Of a DNA stretch of 64,000 nucleotides, positions 1 to 8,727 are shown one piece after another. Position numbers and translations under genes: made by a program. The stretch lies in assembly GCA_965221165.1 (NCBI GenBank), contig CBDCRP010000002.1, forward strand, positions 416,001 to 480,000. The letters run 5' to 3'. A model generated the notes under the pieces. That model made no database searches. It had not been told where the DNA came from and saw nothing but the letters and a program-made list of their open reading frames with translations. Each line of letters opens with the position of its first letter. The first letter of the stretch is position 1. The DNA is from a bacterium (lineage in GTDB: Bacteria > UBA8248).

Positions 1-1
1 C

Positions 2-787
2 GAATATTTAGGTTCCGGCCAAGACTTGGCCCTCCTGCCCGTGGGAAGCGTGGAGCAGCACGGCCCGCACATGCCCATGGGCCACGACGCGTTCGCCGCG
101 CACTACGTCGCTCGAGACGCGGGGCAGCGGGCGGGCGTTCTGGTCTACCCCACCCTCTGGTACGGGTGGAGCAACAACCACATGGCGCTTCCGGGCACGA
201 TAACGCTCAGGCCCGAAACCCTGACCGCCATAGTGACCGACATCATCGCGAGCATCCTCTACCACGGCTTCAACCGGGTGATCGTGGTGAACGGGCACAG
301 AAGGGGCAACCTGGCGCCGCTCGAAATCGCCGTCAACCAGATGCGGCAGAAGACGGGGGCCGCGGTCGCCGTGGTGGACGTGGGCATCATCGCCTTCGAC
401 AAGGTGGCGGAAATCAGGACGACTCCCCCCGGCGGCGTGGGCCACGCGGACGAGCTGGAAACCTCGCACGCGCTTCACATGTATCCCCACCTCGTGCATC
501 AGGAAAAAGCCACGCCCCGGATGTCCAACCCCAACCCTGATTGGATGACGGCGCACCACATCACGGACCCGGCGGTGGACGCCCCCCGGTTTTTTTACCC
601 CAAAACGGTGGGCGAATACGGGGCCGAGATTGGAGACCAGGGGCAATCCGGCGACCCGACGGCGGCGTCGGTGGAAAAAGGGCGCGCCTTCCACGAGGCC
701 GTGGTGGAAAGGCTCATCGGGGTTATCGAGTACCTGAAAACGCGGGAGGTGAACGTCCACCACAGGCCCGCGCCGTTCGATGATTAA
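2..787 (+). CDS. Creatininase/mycofactocin peptidase family amidohydrolase (5' end truncated by window edge)
   Basis: Motifs LPVGSVEQHGPHMP..D, NGHRRGN and GHADELETS. The frame is open from base 2. Confidence 0.9.
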   Translation, partial: EYLGSGQDLALLPVGSVEQHGPHMPMGHDAFAAHYVARDAGQRAGVLVYPTLWYGWSNNHMALPGTITLRPETLTAIVTDIIASILYHGFNRVIVVNGHRRGNLAPLEIAVNQMRQKTGAAVAVVDVGIIAFDKVAEIRTTPPGGVGHADELETSHALHMYPHLVHQEKATPRMSNPNPDWMTAHHITDPAVDAPRFFYPKTVGEYGAEIGDQGQSGDPTAASVEKGRAFHEAVVERLIGVIEYLKTREVNVHHRPAPFDD

Positions 788-830
788 GGGCGCGAAACCC
801 AGGATTTTTCACCAATACGGGAGAATAAGG

Positions 831-2009
831 TTGCCTAGAAAAAGAGTAGGAAATTCCTTCATGGGCTACAAACGGCCGAGCGGCCCGCCCGGGGCCAGGA
901 ACCACCTCGCCGTCGTGAGCGCGATGGACAACGCCAATCCCCTGGCGCGCCGGATCGGAAAACTCCTGCGCGAGGCGGTTATCGTGAACACCACTTTTGG
1001 CCGAAACCTCTTTGGGGATGATGAGAGGCAGCACTACCGGGTGATGGGCCGCACGGCGGGCCACCCGAACGTGGGGGCGGCCATCGTCGTGAGCCTGGAA
1101 CCCAAGAGCGCGCAGGACGTGGCCGACGTGGCGGCGGAGGCATCGCCCTGGATGCCCATCGAGACCCTCACCATCCACGAGACGGGCGGCACGCTACAGA
1201 CGGCGGCGCGCGGAGTGGAAATCGCCCAGAAATTGTATCAACACTTAAGCGCCGCAAGACGCAGGCGGTGTGATCTGTCCGAGGTCACCCTCGGCACGGA
1301 ATGCGGCGGCTCCGACACCACGAGCGGGCTGGTGGCCAACCCGGTCACCGGGGTCTTGGCGGACAGAATCGTGGACCAAGGCGGCGTCGTGCTTTTTTCG
1401 GAAACCATGGAAATCGTCGGCGCCGAGCATCTTCTCGCCAGACGGGCGGCGAACGCCAAAGTGCGGAAAAAACTGCTGGGAGCGGTCGCGCGCACGATGG
1501 ACTACGCCCACGGGATGGGTATGGACATCATCGGCTGCAACCCGACGGAGGACAACATTCAGGGCGGTCTTTCCTCGATTGAAGAAAAAAGCCTGGGCGC
1601 GGTGAAAAAAGCGGGCACGCGCGATATCGTGGACGTCATCGTTCCGGGCGAGCGGGCGACAGAGCGCGGCTGCGTCTTCCTGGACGCTCCCAGCGCGGGG
1701 GTCGAGAACGTCACCGCGCTGGCGGCGTGCGGGTCGCAGGCCATCGTATTCAACACGGGGAACGGAAACCCCATCGGCCATCCCGTCTCCCCCACCATCA
1801 AGGTGACGGCCAACCCCCGGACGGCCGCGCGCATGGCGGAGAACACCGATCTGGACATCAGCGGCGTCATGCGCGGCGAGCTCTCAAAGGATGAGGCCGT
1901 GGACCTCCTGCACGAGGAGTTAATCGCCGTTTTGAGCGGAAAGCGGACGAGGGCGGAAATTCTGGAGGAAACGGAAATCACCGTGAGCCGCCTGGCGCTT
2001 AATTTATAA
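831..2009 (+). CDS. UxaA/GarD-family dehydratase, large (C-terminal) subunit
   Basis: FMGYKRP..GARNH, HPNVGA, ECGGSDTTSG..ANP, GGLSSIEEKSLG and FNTGNG motifs. Start uncertain (TTG 831 after GGGAG, or ATG 861). Confidence 0.85.
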   Translation: MPRKRVGNSFMGYKRPSGPPGARNHLAVVSAMDNANPLARRIGKLLREAVIVNTTFGRNLFGDDERQHYRVMGRTAGHPNVGAAIVVSLEPKSAQDVADVAAEASPWMPIETLTIHETGGTLQTAARGVEIAQKLYQHLSAARRRRCDLSEVTLGTECGGSDTTSGLVANPVTGVLADRIVDQGGVVLFSETMEIVGAEHLLARRAANAKVRKKLLGAVARTMDYAHGMGMDIIGCNPTEDNIQGGLSSIEEKSLGAVKKAGTRDIVDVIVPGERATERGCVFLDAPSAGVENVTALAACGSQAIVFNTGNGNPIGHPVSPTIKVTANPRTAARMAENTDLDISGVMRGELSKDEAVDLLHEELIAVLSGKRTRAEILEETEITVSRLALNL

Positions 2010-2091
2010 CTTTCTCATCGAGCCTCCCCGGACGTAATGGCTCCGTGGCAGGCGTGGAGCAACGGTTTTTCAACCAGATAGGAGTTTTTTC

Positions 2092-3297
2092 ATGAACAGC
2101 GCCATCGCACCAGTTCCCGTGGATGGGGACTACGTCGTCAGCCTCGCTCAGGAGTTGATCCGGATACCGGCGGAAAACCCGCCGGGGGACTGCTCCGCCA
2201 TGGCCGAGCGCATTCTCGCGGAACTAAAAGCCATCGGCGTCGATGACGTCACCACCCATGAATACGAGCCGGGAATGCCCAACTTTATCATCAAAACCGG
2301 CGACGGCGGCCCGGGCGGGCATTTCGTCATCGGCGGCCACATGGACACCGTACCCGTTCACCCGGACGAGGTGGAAGCCTGGCAGGTTCCCCCCTTCAGC
2401 GGCGAACTCAAAAACGGTGAAATCTGGGGACGCGGCGCCGCCGACATGAAGGGCGCGCTCGCCTCGACCATCGGCGCGCTCAAGGCCTTAGAAGAAGAGA
2501 AAATCCCCCTGAAAGGCACTCTCACCTGGGTCCTGCTCTCGGACGGGGAAAAGGGCGACTACTACGGCGCGCAATCGCTCGTGAACAACGGCGTTTTAAG
2601 GGAACTAGACGGCGACATGGTGCTCTACACCGAATCGACGGGCAACAACATCATCCGCTCCTTCAAGGGGCGGGTGTTCTTCGAGGTGAAGGTGCGGGGC
2701 CGCTCGGTGCACGTGAGCGTGCCTGAGAAGGGGATCAACGCCATCGAGAAAATGGCCAAAATCATCGGCGCATTCAGGGCGGAGCGCATCGCCCCGCCGC
2801 CGCACCCCTTCCTGGGGCCGGGCACTTTGGCTTTTTCCACCATCAAGGGGGGTTCCGCGGTGAACGTGGTGGGCGGGCGATGCAGCGCCACCTTCGACGT
2901 GCGCATGCTGCCGGGGCAAACCTCTGCGGGCGTCAAGGAGAAGTTAGAAGGCATTCTGGCCGAACTCGCGGGGGATGATCCTGAATTCGACGCATCGGTG
3001 GAGATAATGCCCAGCGGGGCGCGCGAGGTGACCGAAATCGCTGAAGACGAACCCGTCGTCCGGCTCATGCGGGAGGTCGTCCCCGCCGTGCGCGGCAGGC
3101 CGAACGAGTATCTGCCCGGCATCGAATCCCCGGGGGCGCTCAGGCTCTTCATCGAGAACGGGATTCCGGGGGTCTTCTTCGGCCCCGGCGAGTTTATCTC
3201 TGAAGCGCATCTGCCCAACGAGCGCGTGCCCGCGCAAAACCTCATCGACGCCGCCGGCATGTTCGCCACCGCCGCAAAGGCGCACTGCAACGGGTGA
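2092..3297 (+). CDS. M20 (ArgE/DapE-like) metallo-amidohydrolase
   Basis: GHMDTVP, GRGAADMKG and AHLPNE motifs plus a dimerisation domain. The EE motif reads DGE. Confidence 0.88.
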   Translation: MNSAIAPVPVDGDYVVSLAQELIRIPAENPPGDCSAMAERILAELKAIGVDDVTTHEYEPGMPNFIIKTGDGGPGGHFVIGGHMDTVPVHPDEVEAWQVPPFSGELKNGEIWGRGAADMKGALASTIGALKALEEEKIPLKGTLTWVLLSDGEKGDYYGAQSLVNNGVLRELDGDMVLYTESTGNNIIRSFKGRVFFEVKVRGRSVHVSVPEKGINAIEKMAKIIGAFRAERIAPPPHPFLGPGTLAFSTIKGGSAVNVVGGRCSATFDVRMLPGQTSAGVKEKLEGILAELAGDDPEFDASVEIMPSGAREVTEIAEDEPVVRLMREVVPAVRGRPNEYLPGIESPGALRLFIENGIPGVFFGPGEFISEAHLPNERVPAQNLIDAAGMFATAAKAHCNG

Positions 3298-3317
3298 AAA
3301 AGGGGTTGAAATAGCCC

Positions 3318-3345
3318 GTAGGGGCGGTTCGCGAACCGCCTCTGC
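3318..3345. repeat. GTAG-type REP-like palindrome, possible terminator between convergent genes
   Basis: GTAGGGGCGGTTCGCGAACCGCCTCTGC, with a perfect GGCGGTTC-GC-GAACCGCC core. Confidence 0.7.
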
Positions 3346-3421
3346 TAATCCGCGTCCTCGCGCCTGAGAAATTCCACCTTGAACCGAACCATTCCGAGGA
3401 GTTCCACGCGGTCGTATTGAT

Positions 3422-4219
3422 TCAGGAATTTCTGTGCGCCAGTATCTCCCAGGAGATGCTGAACAGGAACAGCACCGAGGCCGCCACGACGACTGATGGC
3501 CCCGCGGGCGTATTCCATTCGATGGACGCCCATAGACCGATGATCACCGCGGCGATGCCCGCCAGGATCGCGAAGCCCGCCATTTGCTCGGGCGTTTTGG
3601 AGAATCGCCTCGCTATCGCCGCCGGTATGATGAGCATCGAGGTGATCAGCAAAATCCCGATCAGTTTCATGGCGATGGCGATGACGAAGGCGATCAGGAG
3701 CATGAAGGTGAGCTGGACGCCGAAAGTCTGGACGCCCTCTGCTCCCGCGAGTTCTTCATGCACCGTGATGGCGAGAAGGTCGCGCCAAATCCACGCGAGG
3801 GCACACAACGCCGCCGCGCCGCCGGTGTAGATCCACCACAAATCCACCGGGCCGACCGCGAGGATATCCCCGAACAGGTAGCCCATCAGGTCCACCCGGA
3901 GCGTTTCCATCAGGCTGGCGGCGATGATGCCGACCGAAAGCGCCGTGTGCGAGAGAACACCCAGCAGCGTATCGGTGGGAAGTTTCTTCTGGCTCTGTAG
4001 CAGGAGGAGCACCAGCGCGAGACTGATGCAGGCGGCCAAGGTGCCGAGCCTCAAGTCGATCCCGAAGGCGAACCCGAGCGCCACGCCGAGCAGGGCGGTA
4101 TGGGCCAGGGAGTCTCCGAAATAGGCCATCTTGCGCCAGACGATGAAACAACCGACGGGACCCGTGACCATGGCGACGCCGACTCCGCCCATGAGTCCTC
4201 TGAGCATAAAATCCTCCAT
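3422..4219 (-). CDS. znuB: Zinc ABC transporter permease
   Basis: GCFIVWRKMAYFGDSLAHTALLG, YLFGDILAV and TPAGPSVV motifs. TGATG overlap with znuC. Confidence 0.93.
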   Translation of the reverse strand: MEDFMLRGLMGGVGVAMVTGPVGCFIVWRKMAYFGDSLAHTALLGVALGFAFGIDLRLGTLAACISLALVLLLLQSQKKLPTDTLLGVLSHTALSVGIIAASLMETLRVDLMGYLFGDILAVGPVDLWWIYTGGAAALCALAWIWRDLLAITVHEELAGAEGVQTFGVQLTFMLLIAFVIAIAMKLIGILLITSMLIIPAAIARRFSKTPEQMAGFAILAGIAAVIIGLWASIEWNTPAGPSVVVAASVLFLFSISWEILAHRNS

Positions 4220-5007
4220 CAGGCATCCCCTCGGGAGTGATGGTGGGTCACATCCGGCTTCAGGGGGAGGATCTCTCCCTCCGGCCCGTGAACGTGGTCG
4301 TGGTCGTGCGTGTAAATGGCCAGACTCTCCGCCGCTTGCGTTCCGAACAGGACCAGGTATTCGGGATGTTTGCTCACGGCTTCGGGATGCCCGGAACAGC
4401 AGACGTGCTTGTTGAGGCACACCACGCGGTCGGTGAACGCCATGACGACGTGGAGGTCGTGCGATATCATGAGGACGCCGCAGCCCCTGTCGTTCCTGAT
4501 CTTCGCGATGAGGTTGTAGAGTTCGGCTTGGCCGGTGATGTCCACGTTCTGGATGGGTTCGTCGAGAACGAGGAGGTCGGGGTTTCGCAACAGGGCGCGC
4601 GCGAGCAGGACGCGTTGGCGCTCGCCGCCGGAGAGACTCTGAACGGGTTGCTCGAGCATGCCTGCGGCGCCCACCTCCTCTAGGTGCTCCTCCATCTGCT
4701 TGCGCGATGGTTTTTGGGTGAGGCTGAGCAGTCTGCGTACGGTGAGAGGAAACGAGGGGTCCACCACGAACACCTGTGGCACGTAGCCTATCGTGAGACC
4801 CTCTTTGCGGTGGATTTCACCCGAATCGGGCTTGAGCAGCCCGAGCAATAAACGGACGAGCGTGGTTTTGCCCGCGCCGTTGGGTCCTACGAGGGTGAGA
4901 ACTTCATTCGCCGATATTTCGAGGTCGACGTTTTGGAGAATCAGCCCCGCGCCGAAGCTCAGGTGGATGTTTTTCGCGGAGATGAGAGGGGGTCGCCCGC
5001 TAATCAT
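4219..5007 (-). CDS. znuC: Zinc ABC transporter ATPase
   Basis: GPNGAGKTT, LSGGERQR, VCLNKHVCCSGHP and a His-rich tail. Confidence 0.93.
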   Translation of the reverse strand: MISGRPPLISAKNIHLSFGAGLILQNVDLEISANEVLTLVGPNGAGKTTLVRLLLGLLKPDSGEIHRKEGLTIGYVPQVFVVDPSFPLTVRRLLSLTQKPSRKQMEEHLEEVGAAGMLEQPVQSLSGGERQRVLLARALLRNPDLLVLDEPIQNVDITGQAELYNLIAKIRNDRGCGVLMISHDLHVVMAFTDRVVCLNKHVCCSGHPEAVSKHPEYLVLFGTQAAESLAIYTHDHDHVHGPEGEILPLKPDVTHHHSRGDA

Positions 5008-5485
5008 CGCTACACCCGGGGCACTGCCCGCTGATTTCCACGACGGGCGTTTCGACCTGAAAACCGGCCTGGATAGCGCTTGCTTCGATGGCCTCGCCGA
5101 TTTTTTCGCTATCCGTCTCGGCCACGCTTCCGCAATCACGGCAGATGAAGAACTGGGCTTTGTGGGCGTCCCCCGGCATGGCGCAGCCCACGAATGCGTT
5201 CAGGCTCTCGATGCGGTGGACGAGCCCATGGTTCAGGAGAAAATCCAGCGCCCGGTAGGCCGTGGGCGGGGCGTTTCGCTCACCGCCGGCGTTCATGCGC
5301 TCGAGCACGTCATACGCGCCCAGGGGCGCGTGGCTCTCCCAGATGATCTCCAGCACCCTGCGCCTGAGCGGCGTGAGCCTCACGCCTCGGGTCCGGCAAA
5401 GCGCTTCCGCCTGACTCAAGGCCTCCTCGATGCAGGCCCGGTGGTCGTGATCGGGGTCAGGGAAATGTTTTTTCGTGTCGGCCAT
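5000..5485 (-). CDS. zur: Zinc uptake regulator (Fur family)
   Basis: RLTPLRRRVLE, PPTAYRALDFL, VHRIESLNAFVGC and two CxxC motifs, within the znu locus. Confidence 0.92.
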   Translation of the reverse strand: MADTKKHFPDPDHDHRACIEEALSQAEALCRTRGVRLTPLRRRVLEIIWESHAPLGAYDVLERMNAGGERNAPPTAYRALDFLLNHGLVHRIESLNAFVGCAMPGDAHKAQFFICRDCGSVAETDSEKIGEAIEASAIQAGFQVETPVVEISGQCPGCSDD

Positions 5486-5510
5486 ATAAAACTCCTTGAC
5501 GAGCCAAATT

Positions 5511-5533
5511 GCAACGTTATAATATAACATAAA
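5511..5533. promoter_or_regulatory. Zur box between divergent zur-znuCB and znuA
   Basis: GCAACGTTATAATATAACATAAA matches the proteobacterial Zur palindrome core GTTATA-N-TATAAC. Confidence 0.85.
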
Positions 5534-5571
5534 TTATCTTCTTTCAACCCCTGTTCTGAAAGGAAGCAGCG

Positions 5572-6561
5572 ATGAGACATGGACTCCTCGGGATGGCCCT
5601 CGCAATCGCCCTCTGTGCGCAACCCGTGCTCTTTGCGTCGGCGGCGCCCCGCGTGGTGGCCTCCATCAAACCGCTTCATTCGCTGGTCGCAGGCGTCATG
5701 AAGGGGATCGGTGAACCATATCTTTTGATGAAAGGCGCCGCCTCCCCGCATACATTTTCGCTGAAGCCATCGGACGCCAGAATGCTTGCGAGGGCGCGCG
5801 TGATTTTCTGGGTGGGCGATATCCTCTCAGCCGGGCTGGAACGGCCTCTCGAAACTCTTCCCAGAAAGGCGGAAGTCATCGCCCTGGGCGAAATGAAGGG
5901 CTTGGACGTAAGGAAGTTGAGGCTGAGAGAGGGCGGCTTGTGGGAGGGCCACGAGCAACATCATCACGGCGATGCTCACGATGAGGAGAAGCACAAAGAA
6001 GCGAAGCAGAAACACGGTGGTCACGATGCGGGCGATCATGAAAATTTCGATGCGCACATCTGGCTCGACCCCATGAATGCCCGCAAGTGGGTGGACGCCA
6101 TCGCCCATGAACTGGGAGAAGTGGATCCTGGGAACAAGAGAAAATACGAGGCGAACGCGCAGAATCTCAAGGCCCGCATCGACGGTTTGCATCGAGAACT
6201 TGCACGCACTCTCGAGCCTGTGAGGGGTGCTCCCTACATCGTTTTTCACGATGCGTATCAATACATGGAAAGACGCTACGGGCTGAACGCCATTGGTTCG
6301 GTGACGCTGTCGCCCGAGAAAAAACCGGGAACGGCGCGCCTGGTGGCGATACGCAAGAAGATCAGGGAATCGAAGTCGATTTGCGTGTTCACCGAGCCGC
6401 AGTTTCAGCCGAGGCTGGTGCAGATCATCATGGGGGGCACGGGAGCGAAAACCGGCGTGCTGGATTCTCTGGGAGCGAGCGTTCCCGCCGGGGATGATGC
6501 GTATTTCACCCTCATGCGCGCGATGGCGATATCTCTCAAGACCTGTCTTTCGGGAAAATAA
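5572..6561 (+). CDS. znuA: Zinc ABC transporter substrate-binding protein
   Basis: Signal peptide, VVASIKPLHSL, ASPHTFSLKPSD, His-rich loop, DAHIWLDP and VFHDAYQY. Confidence 0.94.
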   Translation: MRHGLLGMALAIALCAQPVLFASAAPRVVASIKPLHSLVAGVMKGIGEPYLLMKGAASPHTFSLKPSDARMLARARVIFWVGDILSAGLERPLETLPRKAEVIALGEMKGLDVRKLRLREGGLWEGHEQHHHGDAHDEEKHKEAKQKHGGHDAGDHENFDAHIWLDPMNARKWVDAIAHELGEVDPGNKRKYEANAQNLKARIDGLHRELARTLEPVRGAPYIVFHDAYQYMERRYGLNAIGSVTLSPEKKPGTARLVAIRKKIRESKSICVFTEPQFQPRLVQIIMGGTGAKTGVLDSLGASVPAGDDAYFTLMRAMAISLKTCLSGK

Positions 6562-6718
6562 TCTGAGGCGGCGTTTCCCGAGGATATAGAGCGAGCCTGC
6601 CCGCCACATTGTCTCGGGAGGCGCTCGCCGTCCCCCCGTAGCGGTAGCGTTTGCCGGCTATCGACGACGCGGCAGCCGGCCTTGAAATGACAGTTTCCTC
6701 GGCTTCCCTATCTCATCA

Positions 6719-7082
6719 GTCGGAATTGACCCGTAGGGGCGGCCCCTCCCCAGGACCGCCCCACAGGCCTGTGTGTCCGCCCGCCTCCGTGTACCCCTCC
6801 CCAGACAACCCCTCCCTGCCCGGCCGGGAATGAAATACCACCGTGTCCTCGTCCTCATCGGCTCTGGATTCCGCATGAAGGCATTGCGGAATGACGATCA
6901 GAGGCGGGATCGACCACCGCATCTCCCCGCATTTGCCGTAGCCGTGAAATTTTGGGTTCGGATATGGTGCGCGCGCGTGGCAACGCCACAAGCCCTCCTC
7001 GGGGCGGGGTGACCCTAAAGGATGGTCAATCCCTCTCTCCCTGGTCGGAATTGACCCTCCTTCTTCAGTCGGGTTTGATCCC
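6719..7082. repeat. Cluster of REP-like hairpins and short direct repeats
   Basis: GTCGGAATTGACCC at 6719 and 7044, with a degenerate copy near 7068. GTAGGGGCGG..CCGCCCCAC hairpin at 6733-6764. ATTCCGCA..TGCGGAAT hairpin at 6868-6892. Confidence 0.6.
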
Positions 7083-7131
7083 CGCAAGAAAGGCTGGGTG
7101 TTCTCATGGACTCGGGTGAGAATGAAGAGTA

Positions 7132-7200
7132 ATGAAAATAATCATATTTTCTGAAAATATATGAAAATAGGTGAAAAATAGTGAAAATATATGAAAATTT
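7132..7200. repeat. AT-rich tandem decamer repeat (NTGAAAATAN) with phased A-tracts
   Basis: TGAAAA starts at 7152, 7162, 7172, 7182 and 7192, plus one at 7133. Confidence 0.8.
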
Positions 7201-7352
7201 AATAGAAATGATAACATATTATGTTTCATATGTTTACGAACAATACATAAAGTAGAAAAGAAACGAATCTCGCCATTTTTCGCATTAAAAAAACTTTTTC
7301 GAACCCCTGCATTTGCCCGCATTTGCGGCGCCGGAGTCATGACGTCCTCCAT

Positions 7353-7386
7353 AAAAAACCGGGGGAGTTTTTCAGGCTCCCCCGGT
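7353..7386 (-). terminator. Intrinsic terminator of the minus-strand LLM operon
   Basis: ACCGGGGGAG-loop-CTCCCCCGGT stem followed by a T-run on the minus strand. Confidence 0.8.
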
Positions 7387-7407
7387 CGAATCGCTTCCGG
7401 CCCTGCT

Positions 7408-7785
7408 CTAATACCCCTCGTCGATCACCTCTTTTAACTGCGTGCATCCGGCCACCAGCGCCGTCATCCCGCACGGGGGCAGCATGCACTCCAAGGCTTC
7501 CGTCGCCTCCTCGACCGTCGCGCCGAGTTGCAAGGCTTTCTTCAGGTGGTTCTTGATGCCCTCGGTATCGGAAGGGTCGCGCGAGGCGCTCGCCACCGCG
7601 ATGAAAAGCTCCTTGTACTTTTCGTGAAACGGCCCTTGTTTCTTCATGATGTGGTTTTTGAGGTTCTCGTAGTTCTCCAGAAGCTCCGGGTCCACCTCGC
7701 ACAAGAGCTCGTACGCCGGATAGATAAACCCGCGCGCCGCCTTCATCTCCTCGTACAAGGCCCTGCCCCGTTCGCTCATCGCCAT
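7408..7785 (-). CDS. Carboxymuconolactone decarboxylase (CMD) family protein
   Basis: KYKELFIAVAS..HLKKALQLGATVEEATEALE pattern, 125 aa. Confidence 0.8.
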   Translation of the reverse strand: MAMSERGRALYEEMKAARGFIYPAYELLCEVDPELLENYENLKNHIMKKQGPFHEKYKELFIAVASASRDPSDTEGIKNHLKKALQLGATVEEATEALECMLPPCGMTALVAGCTQLKEVIDEGY

Positions 7786-7839
7786 CGTGGATCCTCCCTG
7801 AACAAAGGCGCGCTGACGCCGCGCCCTAGATTTTCTTCT

Positions 7840-8610
7840 TTATGGATAGACTTCTTTCTCGAGCACGGAAATCTCGTGCCCGGGCAGGATGTATTCCTCC
7901 TTCGTGGCGCGCTCGATGCACTTATGGATGGAGTCCATCGCATCGCGCATGCTCGACATCTGGCCGGCGGGAACGCGGCGCTCGAGGCCTTCATTGATCT
8001 GGATGACGTCGGCTGCGATGACGTAGGCGCCCACGCGCGTCTCCACGGCGACCGAGCAATGCCCCGGCGTATGGCCCGGCGTGTGGAAATAGGTGACGCC
8101 CGGCACGATCTCGTAATTATCCTTCCAGATCGGCTCGAAGATGATGCCTTGTTGGGCGATCACCGGCCAGCGGGTGTTGGGGTGAATCGGCGCGTCGTAG
8201 GGCTTCGACTGCAGCGCGACCGGGCAGATGGAGTATTGAAGCTCCTCCGCCCACACGTATTTGATGGCGTTGGGGAACAGATCGCAGTTCTGGGAATGGT
8301 CCCAGTGGAGATGCGAGAGGATGAGGATATCGACCTCCTCGGGCTTCCAGCCCGCGCCTTCCAGCTGCTCGCGCACGCCCTGGCCGGGTTCCCTGCTCGC
8401 GGGCCAAGGAGCGCCGCCGCGCTCTGGGTCCAGGAAACTGGTGTCCACCACGATCTTCACGTCCTTGCCGTCGTGATCCTTCGCTCCCTCGATCATGTAG
8501 ATGAACGAGGGAATCTCGAGTTTCGTCCCGAAATTCGTCCAATACACCATATTGGAATAATCCGTGTGAATAGTGCCGCAGTTCAGCGGACGGATGGTGA
8601 GATCTGACAT
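7840..8610 (-). CDS. Metallo-beta-lactamase fold hydrolase (N-acyl-homoserine lactonase family)
   Basis: SHLHWDH, TPGHTPGH, AAD and PGHE motifs. Confidence 0.88.
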   Translation of the reverse strand: MSDLTIRPLNCGTIHTDYSNMVYWTNFGTKLEIPSFIYMIEGAKDHDGKDVKIVVDTSFLDPERGGAPWPASREPGQGVREQLEGAGWKPEEVDILILSHLHWDHSQNCDLFPNAIKYVWAEELQYSICPVALQSKPYDAPIHPNTRWPVIAQQGIIFEPIWKDNYEIVPGVTYFHTPGHTPGHCSVAVETRVGAYVIAADVIQINEGLERRVPAGQMSSMRDAMDSIHKCIERATKEEYILPGHEISVLEKEVYP

Positions 8611-8727
8611 GGAAATTGTCCCTTTCTGCTTTGTTTCGCGGCCACAACGGGCCGCAAATGAACGATGGCAATCAATTGCCTGTAATCACCGGCCGGGCGT
8701 CACGAGGCCGGCAAACGGATGTATTTT

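Noticed and set aside
3283-3309. M20 gene ends H-C-N-G-TGA, a CxxU look-alike
   Set aside because: The domain is already complete and a second TGA follows four codons later, so this is an ordinary stop.
3345-3421. Possible gene remnant (..YDRVELLGMVRFKVEFLRREDAD*) downstream of znuB
   Set aside because: Too short to assign, with no start or recognisable family.
7202-7229. dif-like site (TTATGTTTCAT resembles the XerD arm)
   Set aside because: There is no XerC-like arm at the required 6-bp spacing, and partial matches are expected in AT-rich DNA.
6717-7300. Degenerate CRISPR array with AT-rich leader
   Set aside because: The repeats are only 14-17 bp and irregularly spaced (325 and about 24 bp), and no cas genes are present.
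6651-7352. Short ORFs in the znuA-CMD intergenic region
   Set aside because: They have no recognisable motifs or RBS, and their composition simply reflects the repeats.
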